Shown here: positions 10,055 to 18,488 of the stretch, in pieces
Layout of the letters: every line of letters begins with the position of its first letter
Numbering within the stretch: position 1 is the first letter of the stretch
Virus record (IMG/VR): IMGVR_UViG_3300029823_000002
Location: 1-47,238 of that record
DNA: 47,238 bases
Reading direction: 5' to 3' (one strand)
DNA from: a virus
Lineage: Duplodnaviria > Caudoviricetes
Translations under genes and position numbers: made by a program
The notes under the pieces: generated by a model
The model's input: only the letters and a program-made list of their open reading frames with translations
The model's database searches: none
What the model was told of the DNA's origin: nothing

Positions 10055-10227
10055 CAGCCATCCTCCTTTTCGATAGTAAGATTGTATTTGGGGCAAGTGT
10101 TCCAAGCGTTTAACGCTAATCCAATAATGATACAGCCGTTAATCACTTCACCTGTGAAAAGAAAGTAAAGGCCGATTGCCCCAAGCATTATTGATAAAGC
10201 CATCTCTAAAACAAAGTTAACAATCAT
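10054..10227 (-). CDS. Small two-TM membrane protein (57 aa)
   Basis: Own translation MIVNFVLEMALSIMLGAIGLYFLFTGEVINGCIIIGLALNAWN..., GAGGTG RBS, TGA overlaps the next ATG. Confidence 0.6.
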   Translation of the reverse strand: MIVNFVLEMALSIMLGAIGLYFLFTGEVINGCIIIGLALNAWNTCPKYNLTIEKEDG

Positions 10228-10231
10228 CGTA

Positions 10232-10468
10232 TCACCTCTTGTTTGGAATTAATGGTGTTATTTCGCCCATGCCATCGCAAAGGACAGGTACACGGTTTTC
10301 GATAACCTTTTCTCTTACATCTGCGGTTTTGGTGTAGTCTGTAAAAGTAGGTGCCTGAATCCTGTTGAGCAGGTCTTTGATCAACCTTAGACCGTAAAAC
10401 AGGACAAAGAAAAATGCACCCGCTAATATCAGAATCAGCAGGATGCACAATGAAGCAAGTATTGTCAT
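10232..10468 (-). CDS. Small membrane-anchored protein
   Basis: N-terminal TM helix, GGAGG RBS. Confidence 0.6.
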   Translation of the reverse strand: MTILASLCILLILILAGAFFFVLFYGLRLIKDLLNRIQAPTFTDYTKTADVREKVIENRVPVLCDGMGEITPLIPNKR

Positions 10469-10504
10469 TGAGATTCCTCCAATAAAAAAGGTGAGAAGTT
10501 AATC

Positions 10505-10810
10505 TCACCAAAAGTCATTAAGTGTTTCTTTCGCAGCTTTGTTGATCTTTTCTTTCTCTTTGTCTTCCACTTGTGTTTGTACAAATTGCGTAGTCTGTAC
10601 ATTATGTTGGTATTCGCCGATCATTCTTTCGAGTCTTGCAATCCGTTCCTCATACTCCGCATCCCTTTGCCCTTTACCTCTATCCTTCACCAATCGGCGT
10701 ATCGCTTCAGAGAAGGGGATTCCTTGCCTTTCGGTTTCTTCTAGGAATTCATTCATGTAAGCGTCAGAATCGGAATCCCACACGATGTTCTTTCGAATAT
10801 AATTAGGCAT
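10505..10810 (-). CDS. parR: ParR-like adaptor (ribbon-helix-helix plus coiled coil)
   Basis: N-terminal beta-alpha-alpha pattern ('RKNIVW...FSEAIRRLV'), translationally coupled downstream of the ParM-like gene. Confidence 0.65.
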   Translation of the reverse strand: MPNYIRKNIVWDSDSDAYMNEFLEETERQGIPFSEAIRRLVKDRGKGQRDAEYEERIARLERMIGEYQHNVQTTQFVQTQVEDKEKEKINKAAKETLNDFW

Positions 10811-11819
10811 CTTTCATCTTCGCCATAATCTCCTGTCCGAAGCAATTTGCCCAACGGCTTTGGTGAAGTCCTTGAATGTCATTGGTATAAAAGGCGGGTT
10901 TGAGATACGGAACTAAGACGGAACCTCCACCGCTGACTAAAACATGATTGACTTGTTTTCTGTCAGCTTCAGGGATTAACGCTGAGATTTGGTCAATGAT
11001 CTTGCCAGCGTGTTTTCTCAGAATCTCGGACGCTTCCGGAGCGATTAAATGTGTCATGTCACCGATGCGAATGCTCTTTTTCTCGAAGATGTCTTTCAAT
11101 TCAGCGATGTTGGGTTCGTAGTCGTATGCGTCATTGAGGAAGTTAAGCATTTCAATCTCAGCAACGTGCATTCCTAAGTCCCATGCACCCGAAAATTCTT
11201 CAATGAATCTTAACCCCTTGAAATAAGCAATGTTACAGGTCTGGCTGCCGATGTCAATTACTGCTACGTTATCTTTAGCAAGATCAGGCCGAACTATTTC
11301 AAGCGTATTCGGATCATATACTGCTGAGTACATTGCGCCAACACCTTCGGGCAGGACGCGCACATCTGTAAACTTGAAGCGGATTGTTTTGCCAGTATGC
11401 TTTCCCCTGGTGATCCTTACTTCATATGCGCGTAAAAGGTCTTGCTGGAACTTCACCTTGTTTTTTGAGAAGTCGCGTATGTTGTAATTGACTACTGCTC
11501 GGCCTTCCCAGTCGTTCATGTTGTGTTCAGCGAGAATAAAAGCGGTGCCTGCGGCGAGCTGTACTCTTGTGTGAGGATCGCTTGTTTTATCTCTTACCCT
11601 GACTTGCCGGTTAAAACGATCTTCATTGAGTGCTAATTCACCGATCAGGTATTCGCGCCCGTCATACTTGATCGCGAGGGAATCAATGCCGCCTTCGAGG
11701 TCGGGCATGCGAAACTCTTTGCCGCTTCCAACGGCTGCAGGAAAGGAATAAGTGTTATCGCCAAAAACAAACCTGCATTCACTTCTGCCTGAGTCTGATA
11801 CTATTCGGTTGATTTTCAT
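10803..11819 (-). CDS. parM: ParM/StbA-family actin-like ATPase
   Basis: Actin phosphate motifs 'DSGRSECR', 'VLPEGVGA', 'VIDIGSQTCN', 'VLVSGGGS' and 'WAN..G'. Confidence 0.88.
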   Translation of the reverse strand: MKINRIVSDSGRSECRFVFGDNTYSFPAAVGSGKEFRMPDLEGGIDSLAIKYDGREYLIGELALNEDRFNRQVRVRDKTSDPHTRVQLAAGTAFILAEHNMNDWEGRAVVNYNIRDFSKNKVKFQQDLLRAYEVRITRGKHTGKTIRFKFTDVRVLPEGVGAMYSAVYDPNTLEIVRPDLAKDNVAVIDIGSQTCNIAYFKGLRFIEEFSGAWDLGMHVAEIEMLNFLNDAYDYEPNIAELKDIFEKKSIRIGDMTHLIAPEASEILRKHAGKIIDQISALIPEADRKQVNHVLVSGGGSVLVPYLKPAFYTNDIQGLHQSRWANCFGQEIMAKMKDA

Positions 11820-11978
11820 TCATTCACCTCCATAACACAAAAGTCCATCAAGACAATTGACGGCATTAATGAGCGAATCATAGACTTCTTTTTCTTTACC
11901 GGCTGATAAATAATCTTCAGCATCTTTAAGGAAGTCCTTGGTTGATTTGATTGCTTCTTGTATTTCTTTTCGAGTCAT
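11820..11978 (-). CDS. Small hypothetical protein (52 aa), first gene of the par operon
   Basis: Own translation MTRKEIQEAIKSTKDFLKDAEDYL..., AGGAGG RBS. Confidence 0.6.
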   Translation of the reverse strand: MTRKEIQEAIKSTKDFLKDAEDYLSAGKEKEVYDSLINAVNCLDGLLCYGGE

Positions 11979-12011
11979 GCCTTTTACCTCCTGTTTCACA
12001 ACTTTGTTAAT

Positions 12012-12041
12012 ATTATACTACACTATTTGTCAAATAGTCAA
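12012..12041 (-). promoter_or_regulatory. Promoter of the par operon with the palindromic operator CTATTTGTCAAATAG (12023-12037) in its spacer
   Basis: TTGACT-N18-TATAAT and a perfect 15-bp palindrome. Confidence 0.7.
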
Positions 12042-12084
12042 GGCAAATTTTACTATTAACACGTCTGTAAGTTTCAACATATAC

Positions 12085-12120
12085 TGACGTATAAGTTGAC
12101 GTATTAGTTAACCTATCAAT
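12085..12120. repeat. Three 12-bp tandem repeats (candidate parC/iteron-like site)
   Basis: TGACGTATAAGT TGACGTATTAGT TAACCTATCAAT between the divergent par and ftsK operons. Confidence 0.45.
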
Positions 12121-12280
12121 GGGTTGACTGTGAAGGGGTGAGGACTGAAGTAATGAGATTTTACGCTTCGCCCGTTCAGGGTAGCATCTTCCGTGTCGGC
12201 AGGAATGTAGAAAGTGAGAGAGTGGGTCGGCGTGGGCATAGTTTCCACGAGAGGGAATATGCACCAAGGGAGGGGACAAT

Positions 12281-13501
12281 ATGGCAAAGCGTGTCGAGCC
12301 TATGGAGACTCCAGGGGTAATCGGCATGATAACATTGATCTTTGGGATCATGGCTGAAGTGATGAGTAGGGATCCGTTCTGGAGGTGGTTTTCATACGCC
12401 GCCGTGGGAATGATTGCATATCATTTTGCGCCTGATCCGCGCTGGAAGATAAAGACTTTGTTTAAGTCCTTGAAGCTATACTTCCAAGACGATGATAAGG
12501 ATTGGTTCCCTAGAATATTCGATGAACATGTACTTGAAAACGGTAAGGAGTATGTCATGACACTTCCTCCCGGCATATGCTCTGAGGATTTTAAGAAGAA
12601 CGAGCAAAGATTGTCAGAGGGATTAGGAGCGCACGTTGAAACGCGATACGAGAATGGAACCATCAGAATGAAGATCCTTGAAAACAAGCTCATGAGTAAA
12701 TACGATTATGAAGTCATCGAAACAAAGAATCCGGTTGAGATCCCTATTGGTTATGGCTATGAAGGGTTGCACACCTTAACGTTTAGCGATCAGGTTTCCG
12801 CTCTGCTTGTGGGAGGTTATCCCGGTTCCGGAAAGTCAGTGTTTCTTAGGCAAGCTATTGTTAATCTCATATTGACTAAAAGCCCTAGCGATTTACAGCT
12901 TTACCTTGTTGACTTAAAGAATGGTGTTGAGTTTGAGATGTTTAAAAGGGTTGAACATGTGGCCGGATTCGCCAAGAATGAATCCGAAGCGATGAAGCTG
13001 TTCAAATACCTTGAATATCTCACCGAAGAACGCTACAAGAAGCTGAGTAAAGCTAATGTGGTCAATGTTACTGAATACAACAAAAAGGGTAAAATGGATT
13101 ATCATTTAGTGATCATCGATGAGTATGCCAATCTCAGGGAAAACAAAGAGATCCAAGCAAAGGTTGATAAGCTGTTAAGGGTCTGTCGCGCGGTCGGGAT
13201 TTACTTTATTGTCTGCACCCAAAGACCTTCTGCTGAAACAGTGCCGGGATTGATCAAGGCAAACACTCAATCAGTGTTAGCGTTCGCCGTAAAGAATCAA
13301 GTCAATTCAAGGATCTTGCTGGACAACGATAAAGCGGCTGATATTGAAATACCGGGTCGCGCAATCTATCAGCAAGGGTCTAAAGACAAGGAGGTGCAGG
13401 TAATGTTCTTGCCTGATATTAAGGCGCGAAGACTGATCGCGCCCTATAACCGCAAGCAAATTCCGGAAGCAAAGAATAACAGGGGTGTTGAAAAGTGTTG
13501 A
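12281..13501 (+). CDS. FtsK/SpoIIIE-family DNA translocase ATPase
   Basis: N-terminal TM segments, Walker A GYPGSGKS, 'LVDLKNGVEF', Walker B 'VIIDE', 'CTQRP', 'PGRAI'. Confidence 0.9.
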   Translation: MAKRVEPMETPGVIGMITLIFGIMAEVMSRDPFWRWFSYAAVGMIAYHFAPDPRWKIKTLFKSLKLYFQDDDKDWFPRIFDEHVLENGKEYVMTLPPGICSEDFKKNEQRLSEGLGAHVETRYENGTIRMKILENKLMSKYDYEVIETKNPVEIPIGYGYEGLHTLTFSDQVSALLVGGYPGSGKSVFLRQAIVNLILTKSPSDLQLYLVDLKNGVEFEMFKRVEHVAGFAKNESEAMKLFKYLEYLTEERYKKLSKANVVNVTEYNKKGKMDYHLVIIDEYANLRENKEIQAKVDKLLRVCRAVGIYFIVCTQRPSAETVPGLIKANTQSVLAFAVKNQVNSRILLDNDKAADIEIPGRAIYQQGSKDKEVQVMFLPDIKARRLIAPYNRKQIPEAKNNRGVEKC

Positions 13502-14061
13502 CTAAAAGGGATAAGCAAATTATAAGATTCATTGAAGACTTTGGCGCGATCACCAGAAAACAAGTTGAAGCACTTTTCTTTAGCAACGTTAAATACTCTA
13601 CTTCTCTTGCAAACAAGCGATTGCTTAATATAATCAAGGAACCGTACATAGCGAGAAGTCGGGAACCCTATTCAAATCAATACATATATCACCTTAAAGG
13701 AATCAAGCAGTTAGAACACCGCATATTGCGTTCAGAATTTTATCTAAGGCTAATCACCTTGGGTGGTCAAATTAAAACGTTTGTGAGCGAATACAGGGCT
13801 TCAAATTTACGCGCCGATGCGTTCTGTGTTTACGAAAAGGACGGATTCCGCTATTATTTCTGCTTAGAAGTGCAAACGGAGAACAAATTGGACATAGATA
13901 AGTACATTGGTCTTTACGAATCCGATGATTGGCCATTCAAGGTATTTCCTAGGGTGGTTGCAATCACAGACCGTAAAATTGAGGTTGAAACCGAATTCCT
14001 CTTGTTCGTTGTCGGGAAAAATTTTGAGGGGTGGGACAAGATATTTAAAACATGTCCGTAA
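13495..14061 (+). CDS. Replication-relaxation family protein (wHTH plus PD-(D/E)xK)
   Basis: 'LT.RD..I..FIE.FG..T..Q', 'H.I.R.EFY', 'RADAF', 'LEVQ', 'KY..LY.S..W....FP' motifs, coupled to ftsK. Confidence 0.75.
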   Translation: MLTKRDKQIIRFIEDFGAITRKQVEALFFSNVKYSTSLANKRLLNIIKEPYIARSREPYSNQYIYHLKGIKQLEHRILRSEFYLRLITLGGQIKTFVSEYRASNLRADAFCVYEKDGFRYYFCLEVQTENKLDIDKYIGLYESDDWPFKVFPRVVAITDRKIEVETEFLLFVVGKNFEGWDKIFKTCP

Positions 14062-15508
14062 CCGGATCAAATACCTTTTGCCCTTTGGTTATTTCTTCAT
14101 ACTCCGCTGCCCAAAATGGATGATTGGGGGGCGGGGTTTCTTTTTCAGGTGCCGGTAGTGGAGAGGGGTGAGAAGCAACAATATACCGTAAGCAGTCCAT
14201 TAGGTGGTTATTTACGTCTTTGGGTTTATCGTGAACGTTGCGATCATCGCGCTTGCGCTGCCATTCATACCGTTTAATCTCTGATCTAAAGATCGGGCAG
14301 GTGCCTTCCATGACAAACAGTGATCTTATACCGTCAGCAGATTTCATTCTGGCCTTAACCTTTGTGATGCCTGAATCAATAGAGTTGTCAGCGAGTCCGC
14401 AATGGATTCCTTCACGCGCTAGTTCGGTATGGATTGATGATAGATCTTTGGGGTTTCTTTTTGTTGCCGAAGGGTCAATGAGGTATCTTACATTCTGGAA
14501 ACGAATGTTACGCTCCTTGATCACAGAAGCATGATAGTCAATCGGCTTGTCTTTGATGTAGTATTCATCAAACAGAATTAAGTGTCCGCGCGCAGGTTCA
14601 ACATACGCCCACAATACAGCAAACGGATCTGCAATGCCAGGGTCAATAGCGCAAATGACTCTGCCCCATTCCGGTATGTCTCTGAAGTGAATTACATTGC
14701 CGCCATTGATATTATCAACCCATTCACTATAGACCAGTCCGCTCCTTGAAAGAAAGAATCCGTCTCGCCTTGCAGCTAATTCAGATTCGGAAATGGTTGC
14801 TTCAAGTTCTGCTATTGCGCTCTTAGGTAAGTGAGGGTTGTCGCTCCATGACGCAATGTGAAAATTAACAAGGTATTCAGGCATCTTGTTGCCGTTGTAA
14901 TTGCCTTCCACAAAGATCGCATAGGTGAAGGTTAATCCTTTTAGCGGAGTCATTGTGAACCAGATCCACCCCGCCCTGTCAAGAACCCTCATGCGACATT
15001 CTGTGAATATATCTTCGGGCGGTTCTTCGTCAAAGTGGATCCAGTCAAGTGAAGCACCTTGAAATTTATCTCTGCCCATTTCATATGACATGAAGTTAAT
15101 CTCTGATCCATTGACTAGAATTACTTTGTCTATAGTGTCCTGCACGCCGCGAATGACTTTTTTGATTTCATTCTTTGGCATCCACTTGAAAAATTCTGGT
15201 ACAACAACTTCGCGCAAGGTCTTAGCAGATTCGCCGCATATCCATCCTTTGGTCGGAGCTTGAATGGACATAAATAAATCCCGCACTTCTGCGGGAAGGT
15301 TTTGATAATACTTTTCACCATCTTTGCCTAGTGCAAACCCTATATCTCGGAGGGAACCGCCAACCGTTTTACCTGTTCGGTTTCCTCCGAAGAAGGCTAA
15401 GATTCTGTGTCGATCAGCTAAGAATTCACGCTGTGGGCCAGGGTTTGGTACAAAGTATCTTAGCTTTTCTTCCTTTTGCCTTCGCTGTAGTTCGATTAGT
15501 TCTAACAT
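14045..15508 (-). CDS. terL: Terminase large subunit
   Basis: Walker A GGNRTGKT, Walker B WIHFDEE, 'TMTP', RNase H-like 'AIDPG' and 'NHLMDCLRY'. Confidence 0.93.
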   Translation of the reverse strand: MLELIELQRRQKEEKLRYFVPNPGPQREFLADRHRILAFFGGNRTGKTVGGSLRDIGFALGKDGEKYYQNLPAEVRDLFMSIQAPTKGWICGESAKTLREVVVPEFFKWMPKNEIKKVIRGVQDTIDKVILVNGSEINFMSYEMGRDKFQGASLDWIHFDEEPPEDIFTECRMRVLDRAGWIWFTMTPLKGLTFTYAIFVEGNYNGNKMPEYLVNFHIASWSDNPHLPKSAIAELEATISESELAARRDGFFLSRSGLVYSEWVDNINGGNVIHFRDIPEWGRVICAIDPGIADPFAVLWAYVEPARGHLILFDEYYIKDKPIDYHASVIKERNIRFQNVRYLIDPSATKRNPKDLSSIHTELAREGIHCGLADNSIDSGITKVKARMKSADGIRSLFVMEGTCPIFRSEIKRYEWQRKRDDRNVHDKPKDVNNHLMDCLRYIVASHPSPLPAPEKETPPPNHPFWAAEYEEITKGQKVFDPVTDMF

Positions 15509-15549
15509 GATTATCACCAACAAAAAAGCCGCTTTAAGCGGCTATATGA

Positions 15550-15957
15550 TTATTTGTCGCATAGTTCGGTGCCGTTTGAGTAAACGACCTCATTGATCTT
15601 CGCCTTGATTTTGTTGTAGTCACACCCTTCGCATTCCGCAGGCGGCGCATTGCATTCCCGGGCGCAATAACAAGCAACTAGATCTGAACATTTCACAAGC
15701 ATTCCTTCCGCTTGCATTGCCCTCTTGATCCAATACGGCAGGGCTTCGCGGGATTCGGCGAGGAGTCGAGCATCCGCTTCTGCGTTTTCGTTGTTGTCCT
15801 CATCAATATCCGCGATAAACCCTCCGCAAGTCATTTTGCCGTTGGTGTATTCCACTTTTCCGGCGACAATGCTGAGCGCGTTTGTTTCCTCCGCGCTCCA
15901 CGGCCCCGGTGTCGCCCTCTCACACATCTCCAAATCCGCTTTAGGATTGCGATTCAT
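15550..15957 (-). CDS. Ead/Ea22-like phage protein
   Basis: 'ATPGPW' and 'ADARLLAESREALP.W' motifs. Confidence 0.6.
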   Translation of the reverse strand: MNRNPKADLEMCERATPGPWSAEETNALSIVAGKVEYTNGKMTCGGFIADIDEDNNENAEADARLLAESREALPYWIKRAMQAEGMLVKCSDLVACYCARECNAPPAECEGCDYNKIKAKINEVVYSNGTELCDK

Positions 15958-16004
15958 CCATCTACCTCCCGTTTAACAATGTTAACAATGTTGTGAAAGT
16001 CCTG

Positions 16005-16661
16005 CTATCTGTAGTATACCTTAGATTGTTCCTCAAGCTGCTGCTTTAAGCGTTCGTTCTCCAAAAGTGTCTTCTGGAGTAACGCTTTGAGTGATTGATC
16101 ATCCTTGTTACCGGAAAGATATTTGCCGATCTGCTGCCAATTATGCGAAGATAGGTACCTGTCGGTTGTTGCTAAACTTGCGTGTCTGAGCAAGTCCCTG
16201 ACGACCGGCAATGGTACTCCATTGTCAACGAGGTTTGTTGCAGTTGTTCTGCGTATGTTATGCCATCTTAAGCGATTGTTTAATTTGGCGTGTTTGCGAA
16301 TTGTTTCAATGATAGCTTGCATTGCTCTATTGGTGAGCTGATCGCCGTTTTCAGTGCAAAAGAACCATTCTGAGTCAGGGCGATACTTTGCCCATTTTAG
16401 GATTAGTGGATCGTCTTTAGGGAAGGGAAGTTCGGCGTATTTGTCACCCTTGCCTATGACTGTGAAGTAACCGGCTTTCCAGTTGAAGTCTGTTGCCTTG
16501 ATTGTTCTTAGTTCAGTACGCCTTAAGGCAGTTGTTTCTGCGAATCTGAGCATAGCCTTGTTTCGGCATCTTACCAAAGCATCGGGGAAACGGTCACATG
16601 CTTTATATGCGCGTTCCATTTCATCCTCTGAGATTACCGAACATACTACACGCTGACGCAT
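16005..16661 (-). CDS. Tyrosine recombinase, catalytic domain only (resolvase/invertase-like)
   Basis: 'LRRTEL', 'GKGDK', 'HNIRRT', 'LRHASLATTDRY' give the complete R-K-H-R-H-Y set. 218 aa with no N-terminal arm or core-binding domain. Confidence 0.9.
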   Translation of the reverse strand: MRQRVVCSVISEDEMERAYKACDRFPDALVRCRNKAMLRFAETTALRRTELRTIKATDFNWKAGYFTVIGKGDKYAELPFPKDDPLILKWAKYRPDSEWFFCTENGDQLTNRAMQAIIETIRKHAKLNNRLRWHNIRRTTATNLVDNGVPLPVVRDLLRHASLATTDRYLSSHNWQQIGKYLSGNKDDQSLKALLQKTLLENERLKQQLEEQSKVYYR

Positions 16662-16680
16662 ATAATCACCTCCTAATATG

Positions 16681-16710
16681 ATTATATGCTATTTGGTAAA
16701 TAGTTGTCAA
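16681..16710 (-). promoter_or_regulatory. Recombinase promoter with operator CTATTTGGTAAATAG (16689-16703)
   Basis: TTGACA-N18-TATAAT with the palindrome in the spacer, same architecture as the par promoter. Confidence 0.72.
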
Positions 16711-16862
16711 CAAATATTATTTTGACATTCAGCAATGAAGTCAAGCCTGATCTGTTTTAATGCTTCTACCTCTTTTACTCCCGATTGACGCTTTAATAGG
16801 TCAGCTCCGCACTTGTCACAAAGAAGGTAGCGTGTGCCTTGGTGTGGCAGCCAAATGCTCAT
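16707..16862 (-). CDS. Small CxxC hypothetical protein
   Basis: ATG overlapping the upstream stop, CDKC motif. Confidence 0.45.
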   Translation of the reverse strand: MSIWLPHQGTRYLLCDKCGADLLKRQSGVKEVEALKQIRLDFIAECQNNIC

Positions 16863-17260
16863 TTTACTACCTGAATGTAAGGTTTCAAAGGGGCGCATCT
16901 CGCTTGATTCTTGTTTCCCGCAATGATCGCAGGCTTCGATAAGTTTTCTGCTCTTGGCTTGTCCTCCGCTTCAAGTTTATGTATTAGGTAAGCGAGGTAT
17001 ATAGCTTGCGGGAGAGTTTCTTGGGGATCGGTTAAGGGAATAACCCGCACTTGTTCATTTTCAACTTCGAGCTGAGCCGTTTTATAATGCCTGATGCCGT
17101 TTATTCGTTCCGGGATTATTACGCACTCTATGCCGTCATCACACATCGATGCTAGTATTAACGCTATAGGTGATATCGCGCCGCAGGTTTCTTCCACCCA
17201 GGAATATCTCGCATGAACATTCATCCCATTCCACTTATCGATTATCTCTTGCCTATTCAT
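16859..17260 (-). CDS. Hypothetical protein
   Basis: AGGAGG RBS, 133 aa ORF. Confidence 0.6.
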   Translation of the reverse strand: MNRQEIIDKWNGMNVHARYSWVEETCGAISPIALILASMCDDGIECVIIPERINGIRHYKTAQLEVENEQVRVIPLTDPQETLPQAIYLAYLIHKLEAEDKPRAENLSKPAIIAGNKNQARCAPLKPYIQVVK

Positions 17261-17356
17261 TGTTTACCTCCTATGATATAATACCAATGGGAGCGTTTAT
17301 GCTCCTATCGGTCAAAGGGGGTGTCCTGTAAGGGGATGCCCTCTTTTTAGCGGCAC

Positions 17357-18049
17357 TTAGACGGCTTTTTCCCGATCTGCCTTAAGGTAATCAATAAGTT
17401 GTTCACCGATGAAGTTTGTATAGCATGGGGGGATTGCTTCAGCCAGTTCTTCTCTTGACATCCAATCAATGCCGCCCATCGCAAAACCCCAATAAAGGGT
17501 AATTTGCTTTTGATTCATGCCGCTAACCCCGCCGCTTCCGCAGATTGAAATGAAACCATCATCGCCGACCCCCCATCCCGCAGGGGGTGTTTTTCTTCTT
17601 TGGGGCTTGTTTTCAGGTTCGCGCAAAGGGATATTGCTTTCAAAAAGCCTTTTTCGCTGAGTGTATATGTTGTCAAATTGCGTTCCGCTAAGAGATATGG
17701 GATTAATAAGGGGTGCGCCAACAACGTTTTCAATTATGTAAGGCTTTCCTGTTGCCTTGAGCAATTCCCTTGTCTGAGCAATAAATTCAAGATGATCGCC
17801 GTATTTGCCACCGTTTCTAGCTATAGACAACGCCTTTGCTCTGCTATGTGCTTGGCATGGCGGGGAAGCGTGAATTACATCATATTCAGATAAATCAGCA
17901 GTCTTGAGAAATTCGATTGCGTCTGCCTGGATAAACTTGAATGGATAGTTTGGCTGCGGTTCAATGTCAACTCCGACAACCTCAAAACCTGCTTGATTGT
18001 ATCCGCATCCCGCGCCGCCAGCTTTACAGTATAAATCGAGCAGCTTCAT
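17357..18049 (-). CDS. DNA cytosine-C5 methyltransferase (short phage type)
   Basis: 'LLDLYCKAGGAG', 'GVDI', 'HASPPCQ', 'IENV', 'EAIPP' motifs. Confidence 0.85.
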   Translation of the reverse strand: MKLLDLYCKAGGAGCGYNQAGFEVVGVDIEPQPNYPFKFIQADAIEFLKTADLSEYDVIHASPPCQAHSRAKALSIARNGGKYGDHLEFIAQTRELLKATGKPYIIENVVGAPLINPISLSGTQFDNIYTQRKRLFESNIPLREPENKPQRRKTPPAGWGVGDDGFISICGSGGVSGMNQKQITLYWGFAMGGIDWMSREELAEAIPPCYTNFIGEQLIDYLKADREKAV

Positions 18050-18065
18050 TTCACCACTCCTCAAT

Positions 18066-18109
18066 CGAACATCTGTTCCCATTATACCATAAATGCTATT
18101 TGGTGTAAA
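18066..18109 (-). promoter_or_regulatory. sigma-A promoter with LexA (SOS) box upstream of the C5 methyltransferase
   Basis: TTTACA-N17-TATAAT with extended TG. CGAACATCTGTTCC at 18066-18079 covers the start site. Operator half-site CTATTTG at 18096. Confidence 0.75.
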
Positions 18110-18112
18110 GTG

Positions 18113-18439
18113 TTATATGCATCCTGCTTCTTGAAATGCTTTTAATATTTTCGGGAATTGATTTGCAATCCAATCAACCGCCGCTTCATTGGCCGCCCAG
18201 CTATCATTATGTAATCCGCTTTCAAATAAAAAGGCATGGACTAACTCATGGCGCATTACCCTGTTTATTGATTCGCTTAAATTTTCTACTGCATATCGTG
18301 AATCGGTATCCTTGCAATCATATACGATGCATTTCTTTGTTGAGTTGTCACAGTATCCATCGCAAGAATTGAGCGCGGGGTGCTCTTTTTTGTTTGAGAT
18401 TATAATCTCGTATGGAGTGCCGAGTATGTTAATCTGCAT
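18113..18439 (-). CDS. Conserved phage HExxH metallopeptidase-like protein
   Basis: 'INILGT.Y.I', 'DGYCD', 'RHELVHAFLFESGL', 'NE..VDWIA.QFPK'. Confidence 0.65.
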   Translation of the reverse strand: MQINILGTPYEIIISNKKEHPALNSCDGYCDNSTKKCIVYDCKDTDSRYAVENLSESINRVMRHELVHAFLFESGLHNDSWAANEAAVDWIANQFPKILKAFQEAGCI

Positions 18440-18488
18440 TCCTGCATCCCCTTTTTATTTTGGTAAGGGCATTAATGTCCCTAGCAAA

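Noticed and set aside
16005-16661. Classical prophage integrase
   Set aside because: It lacks arm-binding and core-binding domains, no attP was identified and it is not next to the repressor. A resolvase or invertase is more likely, though integration cannot be fully excluded
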